From: Eledone cirrhosa
Lineage: Eukaryota
NCBI GenBank assembly: GCA_964016885.1
Contig: OZ024761.1
Location: 10,354,001-10,418,000, forward strand
DNA length: 64,000 bases
Reading direction: 5' to 3'
How positions within the stretch are numbered: the stretch's first letter is position 1; each line of letters starts with the position of its first letter. Shown one piece after another: positions 31,828 to 46,350 of this stretch. The notes below the pieces were generated by a model, which did not search any database, was not told where the DNA came from, and saw nothing but the letters and a program-made list of their open reading frames with translations. Position numbers and translations under genes: made by a program.

Positions 31828-33745
31828 ATGGGATCTAGTCACACATTGTTGGTACTGGGGTGGTGGGATATAGTCACATATTGTTGGTGGTGGGGTGGTG
31901 GGATATAGTCACATATTGTTGGTACTGGGGTGGTGGGATCTAGTCACACATTGTTGGTACTGGGGTGGTGGGATATAGTCACATATTGTTGGTGGTGGGA
32001 TGGTGGGATATAGTCACATATTGTTGGTACTGGGGTGGTGGGATATAGTCACATATTGTTGGTGGTGGGGTGGTGGGATCTAGTCACACATTGTTGGTAC
32101 TGGGGTGGTGGGATATAGTCACATATTGTTGGTGGTGGGATGGTGGGATATAGTCACATATTGTTGGTACTGGGGTGGTGGGATATAGTCACATATTGTT
32201 GGTGGTGGGGTGGTGGGATATAGTCACATATTGTTGGTGGTGGGATGGTGGGATATAGTCACATATTGTTGGTGGTGGGATGGTGGGATATAGTCACATA
32301 TTGTTGGTGGTGGGATGGTGGGATATAGTCACATATTGTTGGTGGTGGGATGGTGGGATATAGTCACATATTGTTGGTGGTGGGATGGTGGGATATAGTC
32401 ACATATTGTTGGTGGTGGGATGGTGGGATATAGTCACATATTGTTGGTACTGGGGTGGTGGGATGGTGGGATATAGTCACATATTGTTGGTGGTGGGATG
32501 GTGGGATATAGTCACATATTGTTGGTGGTGGGATGGTGGGATATAGTCACATATTGTTGGTGGTGGGATGGTGGGATATAGTCACATATTGTTGGTGGTG
32601 GGATGGTGGGATATAGTCACATATTGTTGGTGGTGGGATGGTGGGATATAGTCACATATTGTTGGTGGTGGGATGGTGGGATATAGTCACATATTGTTGG
32701 TACTGGGGTGGTGGGATATAGTCACATATTGTTGGTACTGGGGTGGTGGGATATAGTCACATATTGTTGGTACTGGGGTGGTGGGATATAGTCACATATT
32801 GTTGGTGGTGGGGTGGTGGGATCTAGTCACACATTGTTGGTACTGGGGTGGTGGGATATAGTCACATATTGTTGGTGGTGGGGTGGTGGGATATAGTCAC
32901 ATATTGTTGGTGGTGGGATGGTGGGATATAGTCACATATTGTTGGTACTGGGTTGGTGGGATATAGTCACATATTGTTGGTGGTGGGATGGTGGGATATA
33001 GTCACATATTGTTGGTACTGGGGTGGTGGGATATAGTCACATATTGTTGGTGGTGGGATGGTGGGATATAGTCACATATTGTTGGTACTGGGGTGGTGGG
33101 ATATAGTCACATATTGTTGGTACTGGGGTGGTGGGATATAGTCACATATTGTTGGTGGTGGGATGGTGGGATATAGTCACATATTGTTGGTACTGGGGTG
33201 GTGGGATATAGTCACATATTGTTGGTACTGGGGTGGTGGGATATAGTCACATATTGTTGGTACTGGGATGGTGGGATATAGTCACATATTGTTGGTACTG
33301 GGATGGTGGGATATAGTCACATATTGTTGGTGGTGGGGTGGTGGGATAAAGTCACATATTGTTGGTACTGGGATGGTGGGATATAGTCACATATTGTTGG
33401 TGGTGGGGTGGTGGGATATAGTCACATATTGTTGGTACTGGGGTGGTGGGATAAAGTCACATATTGTTGGTACTGGGATGGTGGGATATAGTCACATATT
33501 GTTGGTGGTGGGGTGGTGGGATATAGTCACACATTGTTGGTACTGGGGTGGTGGGATATAGTCACATATTGTTGGTGGTGGGGTGGTGGGATATAGTCAC
33601 ATATTGTTGGTGGTGGGGTGGTGGGATCTAGTCACACATTGTTGGTACTGGGGTGGTGGGATATAGTCACATATTGTTGGTGGTGGGGTGGTGGGATCTA
33701 GTCACACATTGTTGGTGGTGGGATGGTGAGATATAGTCACATATC
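31828..33745. repeat. 35-bp G-rich minisatellite (~55 copies)
   Basis: Unit GGGATATAGTCACATATTGTTGGT(GG|AC)TGGG(A|G)TGGT. Confidence 0.97.
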
Positions 33746-35609
33746 ATCATTGGTACCAGAATACCTGGCCAATTTGTTCAATGTGATAATAATTTCTCCC
33801 TTATTACCATGGCTTTATTTTTTGTTGTTTTCTTTTAAAATAATTGGAGAGATAACGAGAGAAATCTGACATAAAATTATGTAATTGTAAACAAAAATGA
33901 TAAAAAGGGAACAAAGTTAAAAAATTAAAATGTTCTTAAATTATGCCCCCCCCCCTCCTACCTCTTTTTTTTTTTACTTGATCCAGATTCTGGAAAGTAA
34001 AGGTTATTGGGAGATGAAAATGGAAATCTGTTGCCAGAAATGATGCCCTGGTGTAGTAGTTTCTGTGACTCTGTCAACCCACAACTGTGTGGGGTAGGGG
34101 TTAGCTCTTCCTCTGGCTCTACTCCCCACCTCCCTAAGTCATTTGGTGTTTAGAGGCCCCCAAGGCCGGCTGACCATTTGGCGATGTTTTCCTTGGCTAT
34201 AAAAACCGCATCAGTTTGATTTCTGATTTGATAAGCTGAGGAGATGACCCTTGTGCCTTAACTGATTGATAAAAAATATGTTATCAAAACTGAAAGCTTA
34301 TTCTATTAAATCATCATCATCATCATTCTTCTACTTCATTGTCCATTTATCCCTGAGAGGGTCGTGGTGGTGTTGTTGGTGGTGGTGGAGTGGGGGGAAG
34401 AGTCCTCAAGTATGTCTTCCAGTGGGTCCTGTCAGAAGCAAGTGTCTCCAATTGATCTGTCTGGGTCTCCTGTCGGTTGGTTTTGCCTGTAAAATCTGTC
34501 CAGCATCATCATCATTATTATTATATGGGCATTAGATTGGCTGTAATCGGCAGAGCATCGGACACCATTCTCCGCAGCATAGAGTTACGTCCCTTAACGT
34601 TCTGAGTGCAAATCCAGCTGAGGTTAGCTTTGCCTTTCATCCTTACGGGGATGATAAAATAAAGTACCAGTAACACACTAGGGTTCTTTTATTCGACTTT
34701 TCCTCTTCCCTGCAAATTGCTGGTCTTGTGCCTATGTTAGGAACCATTATTATTATTATCATAGGCAGTGGGTTGGCAGTATCGGTAGAAGGTTAGACGC
34801 CATGCTTTGCAGCATGAAGTTATGGCCCTTTATGTTTTGAATTCAAATCCGCTAAAGTTAACTTTACCTTTCATCCTTACGGGGGTCGATAAAATAAAGT
34901 ACCAGTAATGCACTGGGGTAATTGCTGGCCTTGTGTCAAAAGAAGAAACAATTATTATCATCATATTATAATGAAAGGCTAATTGTTGTTGTTGTTAGTG
35001 TTCATTAATTAAAGACATCGTTAAATTACATAGTAATTTGTTATTACTTAAATAAAATCTAACAAAGGAAATGTATCCCTTGATGACCTCAAGTGGGTTT
35101 GGAGGTTTACTCAAAAAGGGTCATGGGTTTGATTCCTGGACTGGGTTGTGTGTTGTCCTAGAGCAAAACACTTTATTTCACATTGCTCCAGTATACCCAG
35201 CTGAAAATGAGTACCAGCAATGGCTGGGTGGGTGGTTAACCCTGCGATGGACTGGTGTCCTGTCCAGGGGGAAGTCTTGTACTGTCTGTCGTTTCATGCC
35301 ATTGAAACTGGGTTAAGTATGGTGAGCCTTCGGGTTTAAGACAGACTTAACCTACAAAAAAGGGGTAATGATGTTAAAGTAGGTGATGTTTTGTTAAAGA
35401 GACTGGTAATGTAATATAGGGGTCAGAGATGTTTAGAAAAGGGACAGTGGTAATATAGGGGTGGGGTGCTCCACCCCAAACTGGATGTCTCCAGAACATT
35501 TAAAAGTGAAGGTGTGTGGCCTAGTGGTTAGGATATCGGCCTTACTTATGAACGGCCTTGGATCAGTTCCTTGACTGGATATTGTGTTGTTTGTATGTAT
35601 ATACGTGTG

Positions 35610-35656
<47 letters not shown>

Positions 35657-35676
35657 TTACATACATATACACACAC

Positions 35677-35724
<48 letters not shown>

Positions 35725-35939
35725 TTACATACATATACACACACGTGTGTGTGTATACATGTATACCCTTGCTAGCAGGGAAAGCGCACATTAAAACGAT
35801 GATAATGATGATAGATATATGTATATATACATACATATCCAGCCCAGGGAAAGGTTTTTTATAATAGGACTGGGGCCCCTATCGTTAGAACACCCCAGAC
35901 TTGTATAGTTTACCAACAATCACAATATGTAGGGGCAGT

Positions 35940-36450
35940 CTGGACAAGTTTACTCTAGACTATGGCATGCACGTCTTGGTATTACGGGGTAAGCAACTTC
36001 CTTCTCAGTGAACTTGTGACTCCGTGTATGTCAAACAAGAGATCTACAGGCCGCTGGTAGGTGAGGTTTACCTTGAGATACCTTGCGCTATCATCATGGT
36101 TGTTTGTCCATTTTGTCTGTGTCACTTCTCTGGCCCGTCTGGTTGGGCAGAACATTTGCTTCATCATCATAGATGAAAACCAATTTTCAAGTGTTCCAAA
36201 TGTGGTGGGGAGAGTGGACATCTCCATTCACTCCAGAGTCCAATGTGCAGGCTGGAAATGGGATTAATTTCCTCTCGCCTGAGACATCGGGCTTCAGCCC
36301 CGTAAATGTGGGGGAATGCAGCCACAGGAAGATGGCAGCACGAGAGACATAGACATCCTATGGTTGTCAATTGCCGCAGGATGCAACCTTGCAGGAGTCT
36401 ACCTAAAGCTACATAGGTGTGAACTATGGTAGTATGAACATTCAGACCAT
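35940..36450 (+). mobile_element. Possible decayed Merlin/IS1595-like transposase fragment
   Basis: Broken translation GQNICFIIIDENQFSSVPNVVGR...DATL...VNYGSMNIQT loosely resembles the Merlin V.IDES.F...RGR...RDA.TL...GS.I.TD motifs. Confidence 0.3.
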
Positions 36451-36737
36451 ATAATTCTTTGCTTTCAGGCTATAATCAGCCCCCTTACTGAGGTAGCTGT
36501 ACATCGCAGTCTAATTCCTAATTAATTAACTGCTTTCTCTTAATTAATTAATGCTGTGACACAGTAGACATAGATAACTCGTTATAGGTATTACAGTTAG
36601 TAATAATTTAATGACATCATATTTTGCTTATGTACTGAATTAAAATGTTTTCCTGTGTATAATATATAATATATAAGGGTGAAAGCAGCGATTCTTTGCT
36701 TAAACTTTAATCTGTTATTTTAATAAATATATATATA

Positions 36738-36964
36738 TGAGGGGGTGCTGAAAAGATCCTGGCTTTTTAGTAAAAGAAAATACAGGAGGATCAGTTAATG
36801 ATGATTTTATTCAATATTTCCCCAGCTCGGATTCACACACACACTGCAGTGGTCCTTCAGTTTTTCTAAACCCTGTAAAAAGAACTCTGAAAGTTGGGCC
36901 TCTAATAAGGCCTACCAGGCTTCTGTAGCAGCAATGAAGCCAGGAACTTTTCAACACCCCCTTG
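36738..36964. mobile_element. mariner-derived MITE
   Basis: TIRs TGAGGGGGTGCTGAAAAGATCCTGGCT / AGCCAGGAACTTTTCAACACCCCCTTG with TA on both flanks. Confidence 0.8.
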
Positions 36965-37975
36965 TATATATATATATATATATATATATATACAAGGAGG
37001 TGTATATATATATACACACACACACACATATACACTAATAGGTTCACAATAATAAAATCACAATATATGCATATATTAGTATGCATTATATAAACATATA
37101 TATATAATAGTATGCATATGTAATATATGTATGTGAGTGTGTGTGTATATGAATGGAGTTGGTAGTTTTATTAAATATAAAACAGTTGTGTTAGATTCAT
37201 TATAATATTTTATTCAATGCTTGGAATGTTAGCAATGTTGACTCTCTGGGATAAAGTTTCTATATAGTTAATTTTAATATCCAGTACACACAGGTTTATC
37301 CACCCATATAGCTTTGCCTCTCACTACATTTTGTCTTATTTTTATTTAGTATATAAATTTATTTAATTAGGAGAATTGGCAGAGTTGTTAAAGCATCAGA
37401 TTAATTGACATTGCTGTATTTGTTCCAGTTCTTTGTGGTCTGGGTTCAAATCTCAGAGGTCAACTTACCCTTTCATCATTCCAGGGTTGATAAATAAATG
37501 AAGTGCCAATCCTGCAAGGAGCAGCGGATTCATAAAAAAAAAAAAAATTGTTAAAAGGTCAGACAATATACTTTACAGTGTCTGATCTGGCCCTCTTTGT
37601 TCTCAGTTCAAGCAATCCCTGCTTTCTCCTACCAGGGTTTGCAACCGGCAGATATTATCAGCAATGGAATGGCCAGTGCGATTACAACTTGCTTGGTCTG
37701 ATCTGAGGATCAGCTCCTTTCCTTTTCTTCCTTATTTAAAAAAAATAATTAACCTTGTGCCTCATTAGATCTGACAATCTGTTATAATGCTTGTTAATTA
37801 ATCAACAGTTGAAATGAGCTTTTATTAATCTTTTTGAACTGTTTATATATATATATAAATAAATGTATCTGTGTATGTGTGTGTATGTATGTATATATAT
37901 ATATATATACATGTTAGAGCAAACATCCTAATTCAAAATAATATATATGTATAAATGTATCTGTATGTATGTATG

Positions 37976-38024
<49 letters not shown>

Positions 38025-38468
38025 GTTAGAGAAAACACCCTAATTCGAAATAATATATATATATATCTGTGTGTATATGTATATATATATATATATATAT
38101 ATACATGTTAGAGCAAAATCCTAATTCTAAATAATAAATAAATTATAAATATATATATATAGTAGTAGTAGTAGCTACCTGTCTATAGTAGGGCCAAAAA
38201 CACTGTTAGAACTTCATATAGTCTAGAAATAATAATTCCAGTGAGACCAGGTGAATAAAGTTCTTGTTTTTGTAGTAGACTTTCATCATATTAGATTCTC
38301 TTGAGCATTCTAACAAGCTACAGACCCATATATATATATATATATATATATATATGGGTATATATATATATATATAAAAGTTTGTAGATAGCTGTTTTAG
38401 GTTATGTAACTGTTATAGAAACACGTGTCAATAAATTCCTTTCAACTAAACTGTATCCATTCAAATCT

Positions 38469-38519
<51 letters not shown>

Positions 38520-38532
38520 TATATATATATAT

Positions 38533-38638
38533 ATTTATTAAAATAACAGATTAAAGAATCGCTGCTTTCACCATTAACGTTAAGGGTGAAAGCAGTGATT
38601 CTTTGCTTAAACTTTAATCTGTTATTTTAATAAATATT
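38533..38638. repeat. Foldback element in (TA)n
   Basis: TATTTATTAAAATAACAGATTAAAGAATCGCTGCTTTCACC / GGTGAAAGCAGTGATTCTTT..TTTAATCTGTTATTTTAATAAATA; half copy at ~36674-36730. Confidence 0.8.
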
Positions 38639-39275
38639 TGATCTAGGGTTCTTATATATTTGATATATATTTATCCTTATCGAACCCTCTTTGGATTTTA
38701 GTCTTCACATTTATTATTATTACCATATATATATATGCAAATTGAAATATTTGTTTCGAAATGCAGAGACAAATGTTTTTACTCTAATGATATTTATGTG
38801 TGTGTAATCTCCACATAATAGAACAGCCTACCATTGCACTGTCATAGATTTACATAGTCAATATTATGAATTTTAGAAGATAATATAGGAATAGAAATAT
38901 AGTTTTGGTATCATATGTTACACATGCTGGGTTGTTGTTAATGAAGGAATAGTTAAAATATTCTAGATACTTGCCACAAAGTATTGAGTTCCTCTTTTGC
39001 ATATATTGCAAGGAAAATAGATTATATATAATTTAGAATGTCGATGTATGATACTTGTTTTAGAATTTAGTATCTTGTGATAATTGCCTGGTCAATTCTC
39101 AGACTGTGTTTGCGTGTGTATATATATATATATGCACACAAATACATACACACATATATATACATGTGTGTATGTATTTATGCATGATGATGATGATGAT
39201 TATCCCAGGTTCAATCGGGGGTAACCACATAAGTAAGGTACTCAATACATAGCAGAATATAAATATTTAATATAG

Positions 39276-39371
39276 AAATGGCTTCTGCAGGACTAGAACT
39301 GTTTCATACCGGAGAAATCATCAGGATGATTTCTCCCGAATGAAACAGTTCTAGTCCTGTAGAAGCCATTT
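39276..39371 (-). repeat. Foldback element with hammerhead core at its apex
   Basis: Palindromic arms. The minus strand reads CTGATGA-TTTCTCCGGTAT-GAAAC-AGTTCTA-GTC; the 5' strand of stem I is missing. Related pieces at ~25935-25965 and 45708-45750. Confidence 0.7.
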
Positions 39372-39679
39372 ATATATATATATATACATACATACATACA
39401 TACACACACGCATATATACATGTATGTGTATTTATGCATGTATATATAATTATTGACTGATAAGTGTCAAAAGACTGGTACAATGTCATAGAGATCTATA
39501 AGGGGTAAAGGATGACAAATAAAACAAAACAAAGTAATGTTTTACACAATATATTTCAACATATTTTTAAATGTGAAACTGAAACAGTTCGAAACAAAAA
39601 AACGATCCCTGTTCTTCCGGAACTGATTATCGTGTCTGAAATATGCATGTGTGGAGTCATTTTAGTAGTCAATCTGCCT

Positions 39680-39960
39680 CATGCATTTTTAATCTATTAT
39701 TTATCTGGGGCTTTTTCTTATTGATGATAATGGCCTCTTTGATTCTTAAATTACGTTTCTTTCTGTCGCCACTATGGTGACCTAAATGTCCTGGCTCTGG
39801 CATCTGTCAAGATGTTTTTTAACTGAAGAAGCTCATTGTCATATGCTCCTTGATCTGTATGTGCAGCATCTGGATTGTAGGATGGTACTTGTGATGTACA
39901 TTTTTTTACATGTGACCTTGTAGACCACCTACGCTCTTATGCACACTTCTGCATTGTTGA
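39680..39960 (-). mobile_element. Decayed Penelope-like element, GIY-YIG endonuclease fragment
   Basis: Broken translation VVYKVTCKK...PTIQMLHIQIKEH...KKRNLRIKEAIIINKKKPQIN matches the PLE GIY-YIG pattern (VVY.I.C...T...L..RIKEH...EAI.I...P.LN). Confidence 0.7.
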
Positions 39961-40730
39961 TGAGACAATTAGGAAGTGTGTACGTAGGTCGGTGTCTGTA
40001 GAGTAGATTCCTCAAGGTCTTGAATGCACCAGCTGTATATTCAGGTTCTCCCAACAGATGGCAGCTGTTGTCTTCTAATTGAAATATAGCAGCTTTGGGT
40101 AGCATATGTTACCTCTAGGAGCCTCCTTGTTCTTTTAAGTCTTGCTGCCATGGCATTTCAGTGTTTGGTGAGAGAAGTAGGGTAGCCATTCTTGGTGAGA
40201 ATTATCTCGAACATCACTTAGTTTAGTCTTCTTTGTCATCCTCTGCCCTTTATATATTTCTACTGCATTGTACTGGTTTTTTGAAACTTAGTCATTTGTT
40301 ACATATCTCAATGCTTCGTACTAACTATACTACTTGACTCACATATGTGTATATATATATATATATATATATTTACACACAAACATATACACACACATAC
40401 ATATATGTATATATGTATATACATACATATGCACATAGATAAATATATATTATTATATTCCATGTATTTGTTGAAGTTTTCATTTGAAAAAGAGAATATA
40501 TATCTGAGCAAACTCTGTCTAATAAAAATAATAATATTAATAATAATAAAATAATGAATAAAAATATTAATCCTGTACATAGTAGAAACCAAGTCATGTA
40601 TCATATTGTTTATACTAATTGTTTGTTTTCTTGTTTGTTTATTAAATCTTATGGCATAATATTGTGTTATGTAATAAAGTAGGTTGCTACTGATATTGTT
40701 TTGTCTGTTTGTCATTTGTTATATAATAGA

Positions 40731-41297
40731 CTAGCAGTGGTACCCGGCGTTGCACGGGATAAGGTATTGTGAAATATATAACCGCCTTAGCTAAGCTTAG
40801 TATTGCCACAACGACGGCTGGCAAAGAAGTAAGGGTCTGGTGGTACGTAAGTAAGCAACACTGTGGCTTAAAACGTGAGGAAGAAGTTGTGTGCATTTAC
40901 CAACTGTTTGGGGAATGAGTGTGAGATTTGTCTTGAGCAAGGGTGGCAGAATAGCCGGAGGCAGCAGACAGCCAGACATACAGACAGATATTATAAGGGC
41001 ACGTTCTGGACGCAGAGTGAATTGTAGGAAGTGACGTAATGCAGACAGATATTATAAGGGCGCAACGTTATATGTATGTATCTATCTAAAAAGAGAAAGA
41101 CTAAGAATTATAGAGAGAGATCGCCTTATGCGGTCCCTAGGGCATTGGAAATTTGAATTTTTTTTTTGCTCAGAACACTCCCTGAAACATAAGTATTACA
41201 TGTGTAAAGTTTGAAAACGGTCGGTTGGGTGCTTCTCTAGTTTTAGGGATTCAAACACACACATACAGACAGACATCCTCAGTTTTATATATATAGA
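40731..41297 (-). mobile_element. Non-autonomous Helitron
   Basis: Minus strand: A|TCTATATATATAAAAC..(CTGT) repeats..CCCGTGCAACGCCGGG hairpin, 8 nt, CTAG|T. Canonical TC/CTAG ends in an AT target, no target duplication. Confidence 0.8.
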
Positions 41298-41599
41298 TGA
41301 CCTATACATACATAATTAGAAGTAAAGTAATCATCGTTTGAACCAGTGTGTGTGAAACATACATATATACCAGGTCTGAACACAAAGGAACCAAACTCCC
41401 ACTGTCACTGCCTCCATCTCTGACATATACACCAGGTCCGAACACAAAGGAACCACACTCCTATCTCTGCCTCCACCTCTTTATGAGCAATTGGGGACCC
41501 AGGCACTGGCAGACACAATAGAGAAGGTGTTACCCGAGAGGATGATGAGGGAGACTACATCTCGCAGGTAAATTTCAATTTTTGGAAAGGTCATGAATC

Positions 41600-41985
41600 T
41601 AGGGTAATGACCAAAAGAATGTGATTGCGAATACAAGCAGCTGAAATCAGGTTCCTCCAAAGGGTCTCTATAGTAACAGTACTCGATAGAAATAGCTTGG
41701 AAATCAGAGAGTTGCTCCAGGTAGAGCCGCCACTTCTCCGAATTGAGAGATCCCGGCTCCAATACTATGGGCATGTGGTTAGAATGTCTCAGGAAAGAAT
41801 CGCTGGGCAGATTTTACAGGCAAAACCAGCTGGCAGGATAACATCCATGAGCTTGGCTGGTCATGCTTGGGGATCCAGCCAGATCAGTTGAAAACAGTTG
41901 CTTCTGACAGGACCCTCTGGAAGGAGTGTTTAAGGATTCTGCCCCCACAAACCTCTCAGGAATAAGTGGGTGATGAAGAAGGAAT
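41600..41985 (+). mobile_element. RTE-clade LINE 3' fragment (second family)
   Basis: RIQAAEIRFLQRV...IRELLQVEPPLLRIERSRLQYYGHVVRM. Related pieces at ~19590-19990, 34400-34500, 59120-59460. Confidence 0.8.
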
Positions 41986-43187
41986 GATTCCTACAGCTGG
42001 ATGCTCTACCTAACTCCAGTCACTTTATAGACTGTACTGGGTGGATGTAATGACACCATCACTTTGCATTATGTAGATGCTACAAACTATTTAATCCACA
42101 CTACATTTAAAACTTTTGAGACCAAACTGCTCTGGGTTTTATGATATTTAACTATTTTTATTCATCTAAAACCCTTCAGTCAGAATTTTATGTAAGAATC
42201 TTTATGTTCCAAACACCAGTTTAACCCTTTAGCATTTACATTACTCTCTATATACTATTGTATTTTCGTGGTAAAAGCTATATCTTACATAATTCTCTCA
42301 CATAATATTGGATCTATGGGATTTTGATGTTATTCATTTTGAGAACAATACTTTAACATCAGTATGAACAGCCAGCTTGAACAGAAAGAGGTGAGAGAAT
42401 TCTAAATCCCTCCAAATTCTTGATTATTTTCAAAATTATAGGTAGTGTCTGTCTACAGAGATTTGGTAATGAAAGAGTTAATTAAGCCTTAATAACTCTA
42501 CCTAATTCAACTAGGAAGCAGGGGCTGGGTTATTAAAGAAAGGGAGTAATAAATTTTAATTTGGAATAAATGAAAGGATTTTAATAACACATTTATTCTT
42601 GAAACATTTTCTCTCCTCTGATCTGGAAGAATTTAACTCGATCAACAGAACAAATTTCTCGCAATTGTAGAGAAATACATTTTTCATTCCTTTAACCCTT
42701 TAGCATTTACATTACATTTACCATTATATTTTCTCGGTAAACACTTCATTTCAAATAATTATCTCACATAATATCGAATCTGAGATTTTGATATTTATTT
42801 TGAGAACAATACCTTAACAAATATAAGTGGCTGGTTACAGCCAGTTTGAACAGAAATATAAAACAGAACCAAAGATTTTATTCATTAGTTTTATTTTTAA
42901 AAAAGAATTTTATATTTTGTTTGTTTGGAAAGTCCAAATTTCTTTCAGTTCATTGCAAAAAAAAATATATATATTTTGATAAAAAAAAAAAAAAATGCAT
43001 TTGACTGCGTTTTCGTTGCTACATCCCATTAAAGGCCTTGCAGGAACAATTATTCTGTAGCAGGAAGATGCAGGGTTACATCTGGCAATTCTCATCAATC
43101 TGCTGCCATCTTCAGTTAACTGGTTTCTTCTTCAAGGCAAAGCATTCCAATAGGTGGTACCAAAAGCTGCCCTCACTCTCTCTCCAC

Positions 43188-44550
43188 CTAAGTCCAGAAG
43201 AGTATGTTTACAGCCATAGCAATACAGCACACTGCAATGTATGGACTTTTTCTTTCACCTACAACAACAAATAATGACAACAGTGATAATAATAATAATA
43301 ATAATGGTTTCTAATTTAGGCACAAAGCCAACAATTTTGTGGGGAAGGGAAAGTCAATTACATCGAGCCCAAAAGGATGACATTTGTACATTATTCTATG
43401 TACTATACAGAATAATTTTCATTATTTTTATTTAAATATTGCTAAACATTTATCCAATGCACTTACAACTCTGCCTATCCACCACTTTCCTGCATAATAA
43501 TAATAATGATGTTTCTACATTTGGCACAAGGCCAGCAATTTGAAGGGAAGGGGAAAGTCGATCTAATTGACTCCAGAGTATTACTGGTACTTTATTTTAT
43601 CAACCCTGTAAGGATGAAAGGCAAAGGGAACCGTGGCAAGATTTTAAAGGGAAGTATGTATATACTGCAAAGGTTGTTGCCCCACATCCACCGATACTGC
43701 CAATCTACCACCCTAATAAAATAATAATCTATTAAGAAAATGGAGAAATTATCCATTTACAAAGATTTAGAGATAGAAATAACCCGAGTGTGGATGATGA
43801 AAATAGAAACAATCCCTATAATAATAGGTGCTCTAGGAATGAAAAACACCCACACCTCAGGACTTAGAAATATATACAACATACAGAAAATAGCACTACC
43901 AGGCACTGCACACATATTTCAAGGAGTGTTCTGAATGCAATAAAAATAACAATAGTATATATATGCTGTTGTATTTAATTGTATATGATGTGGCTGTGTG
44001 TTTAAAAAGTTCACCCAAGACCATTTTGTCAAAAGAAGGAGGAACTATATCTAATTAAATTAACTCTAATGTAATTACAGATAATTTATTTCACCAATCT
44101 AAAAGAAATAACCGCATTGTGATTTGAACTTTAAGCATACTAAAGAGTTAAAATGAAATACTGGATGGCTGTCTTTTCCGTAGTCCTCGTTATTACACTG
44201 GAACCATCAGAGTTATGTCCCTTGCTCATAAGCCACTGAACTAAAGTCCACACATAGTTGCAAAGTAGTAAACCTCTGCTAGGGAAGTGAATTGACAGAG
44301 TTAGAACGTCCGATGTTTTGTGGTAGCGCTGAGTTTAAATTTTGCCAATGTCAACTTTGCTGTTCATCTTTTCGTGGTAAAAAAAAAAGTACCAGTCCAG
44401 TATTGGGGCCAATTATTCCACTATTTCTCTTGTCTGGAAGAAATCAGTGTTCTGGCCTGCAGAGGAGATAGGCTCCGGCAGGTTTTAAAATGCCCCAAAA
44501 CAACTGCCTGATCTGCCAGCGCCTGTACAATTGCACCAGGAATTATGGAT

Positions 44551-44587
<37 letters not shown>

Positions 44588-46300
44588 CAATATACACTTA
44601 TCTAAATCACAGACATAACTGAACAGGAACAAGAGAAATTCTGACTTACCGATCCGAGCACATTTCCAGAATGTACCTAAAAATCTGGAAAAAAAAGGGA
44701 AAACAAATTATTTACATATTTAACTTCCCCTAAGGTCACCCCTCCCTCCAAGGGTTAGTAACAAAGCCTGTCCTCACGGCCTGGCTGAGGATACAAGCAC
44801 CCTAATGTTGAAATATGGTTCAGCTAATAACATGAAAATACAATAATGGTTTAACCTTTTGTTAGCTCAAACAGTGATGGTTAAACCTTGTGTTAGCTCT
44901 AAGTAATGGTTAAAGCAGTGATAGCTCAAACAGAAATGATTTAACTTGGTGCTGGCTCAAACAGTGATAGTTAAAGCAGTGTTAGCTGAAACAGTGATGG
45001 TTAAAGCAGTAGTAACTCAAACAGTGATGGTTTAAACAGGAGTAGCTCAAAGCAGTAGTAGCTGAAACAGTGATGGTTTAAACAGGCATAGCTCAAACAG
45101 TAATGGTTTAAACTTGTGCTGGCTCAAACAGTGATGGTTTAAACTTGTGCTGGCTCAAACAGTAATGGTTTAAACTTGTGCTGGCTCAAACAGTGATGGT
45201 TTAAACTTGTGCTGGCTCAAACAGTGATGGTTTAAATAGTAGTAGTTCAAGATTGATGTATATACAAACAACATGGCTGAGAGAAATGAAATTATATGGA
45301 TGAGAGAAAAATAGGTTTAAGTATAACATACCCTTGTTTATTTTTGTCCAGTAGGGCAGGAAAAAATGCTCGTAGATATGTACAGGTACAGACTAACAAC
45401 AAGACAACAGTCAACAAACTTTGGAAGTTGAACAAAGCAGACTAGAATGAGAAAGAACACATACTGATGGTAATGATTATGATAGTGACTAAATATATAT
45501 AGATAGATGTGTCAAATCCCATCTCTATACCCAGTCTACATCTCCCCATGTATCGAGTACCCACATGATTAGTGGTCTCCTCGGTCTCACCACCGCATAC
45601 TCTGTGTGTGTATATATATATATATAGAAGAGACATTTAATTTGTTGTATGGTTTTATAAATATAGTTTCCATTTATTTAATATGATAGTATATATATAT
45701 ATATATATATGAAACAGTTCTACTCCTGTAGAACCCAATTCTATATTAAATATTTATATATATATATATATATATCAGATAAGGTGTAGTAAAATACCAG
45801 GCGGACCATAACCCACTAGAGTACTCAATACTTGGGGTTGTAGAGTGGGTAATATGAAAAGATTTAGGACCCGGACGGCTAGATCCTAATCTAGCTGTCG
45901 AAACGGACGGAGCTCAGCCGTCGGGGTCCTGAATCTGTTCATATATATACACACACACATATATCTATATACATACATATATATAGTGGTAAGAAACTGT
46001 CAGGAGAGCTGGACAGCGTAAGGTTTTCTGAGAAGAAAATCCCTTCATGCAAGTGTCTCGGCCCTTAACACTCATCGAAGGCGGTATAAGCTCAACCGTA
46101 AGGCCGATAAACCTTATAATATCAGTGTTATTCTTCATTCCTTTATCATTAATACTCTAGGAACTGTCCGAAATCGACCACCCGATCGTCACAACTTAGT
46201 AAACATCTTATTGAGTCAAACAACGCCGCACGATAAAATCTTCCACGATGCAGATTACTCATCACCTCTACTTGGATTACCTTAAACGATTCCTCGTTTA

Positions 46301-46350
<50 letters not shown>

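Noticed and set aside
39632-39656. CTGATTA..GAAATATGCATG as another hammerhead
   Set aside because: Core mismatch, no stem I pairing and no valid UH cleavage site.
43135-43258. TGA-containing (selenoprotein-like) reading of the last minus-strand exon
   Set aside because: The splice phase gives an uninterrupted kish/TMEM167 C-terminus in another frame.
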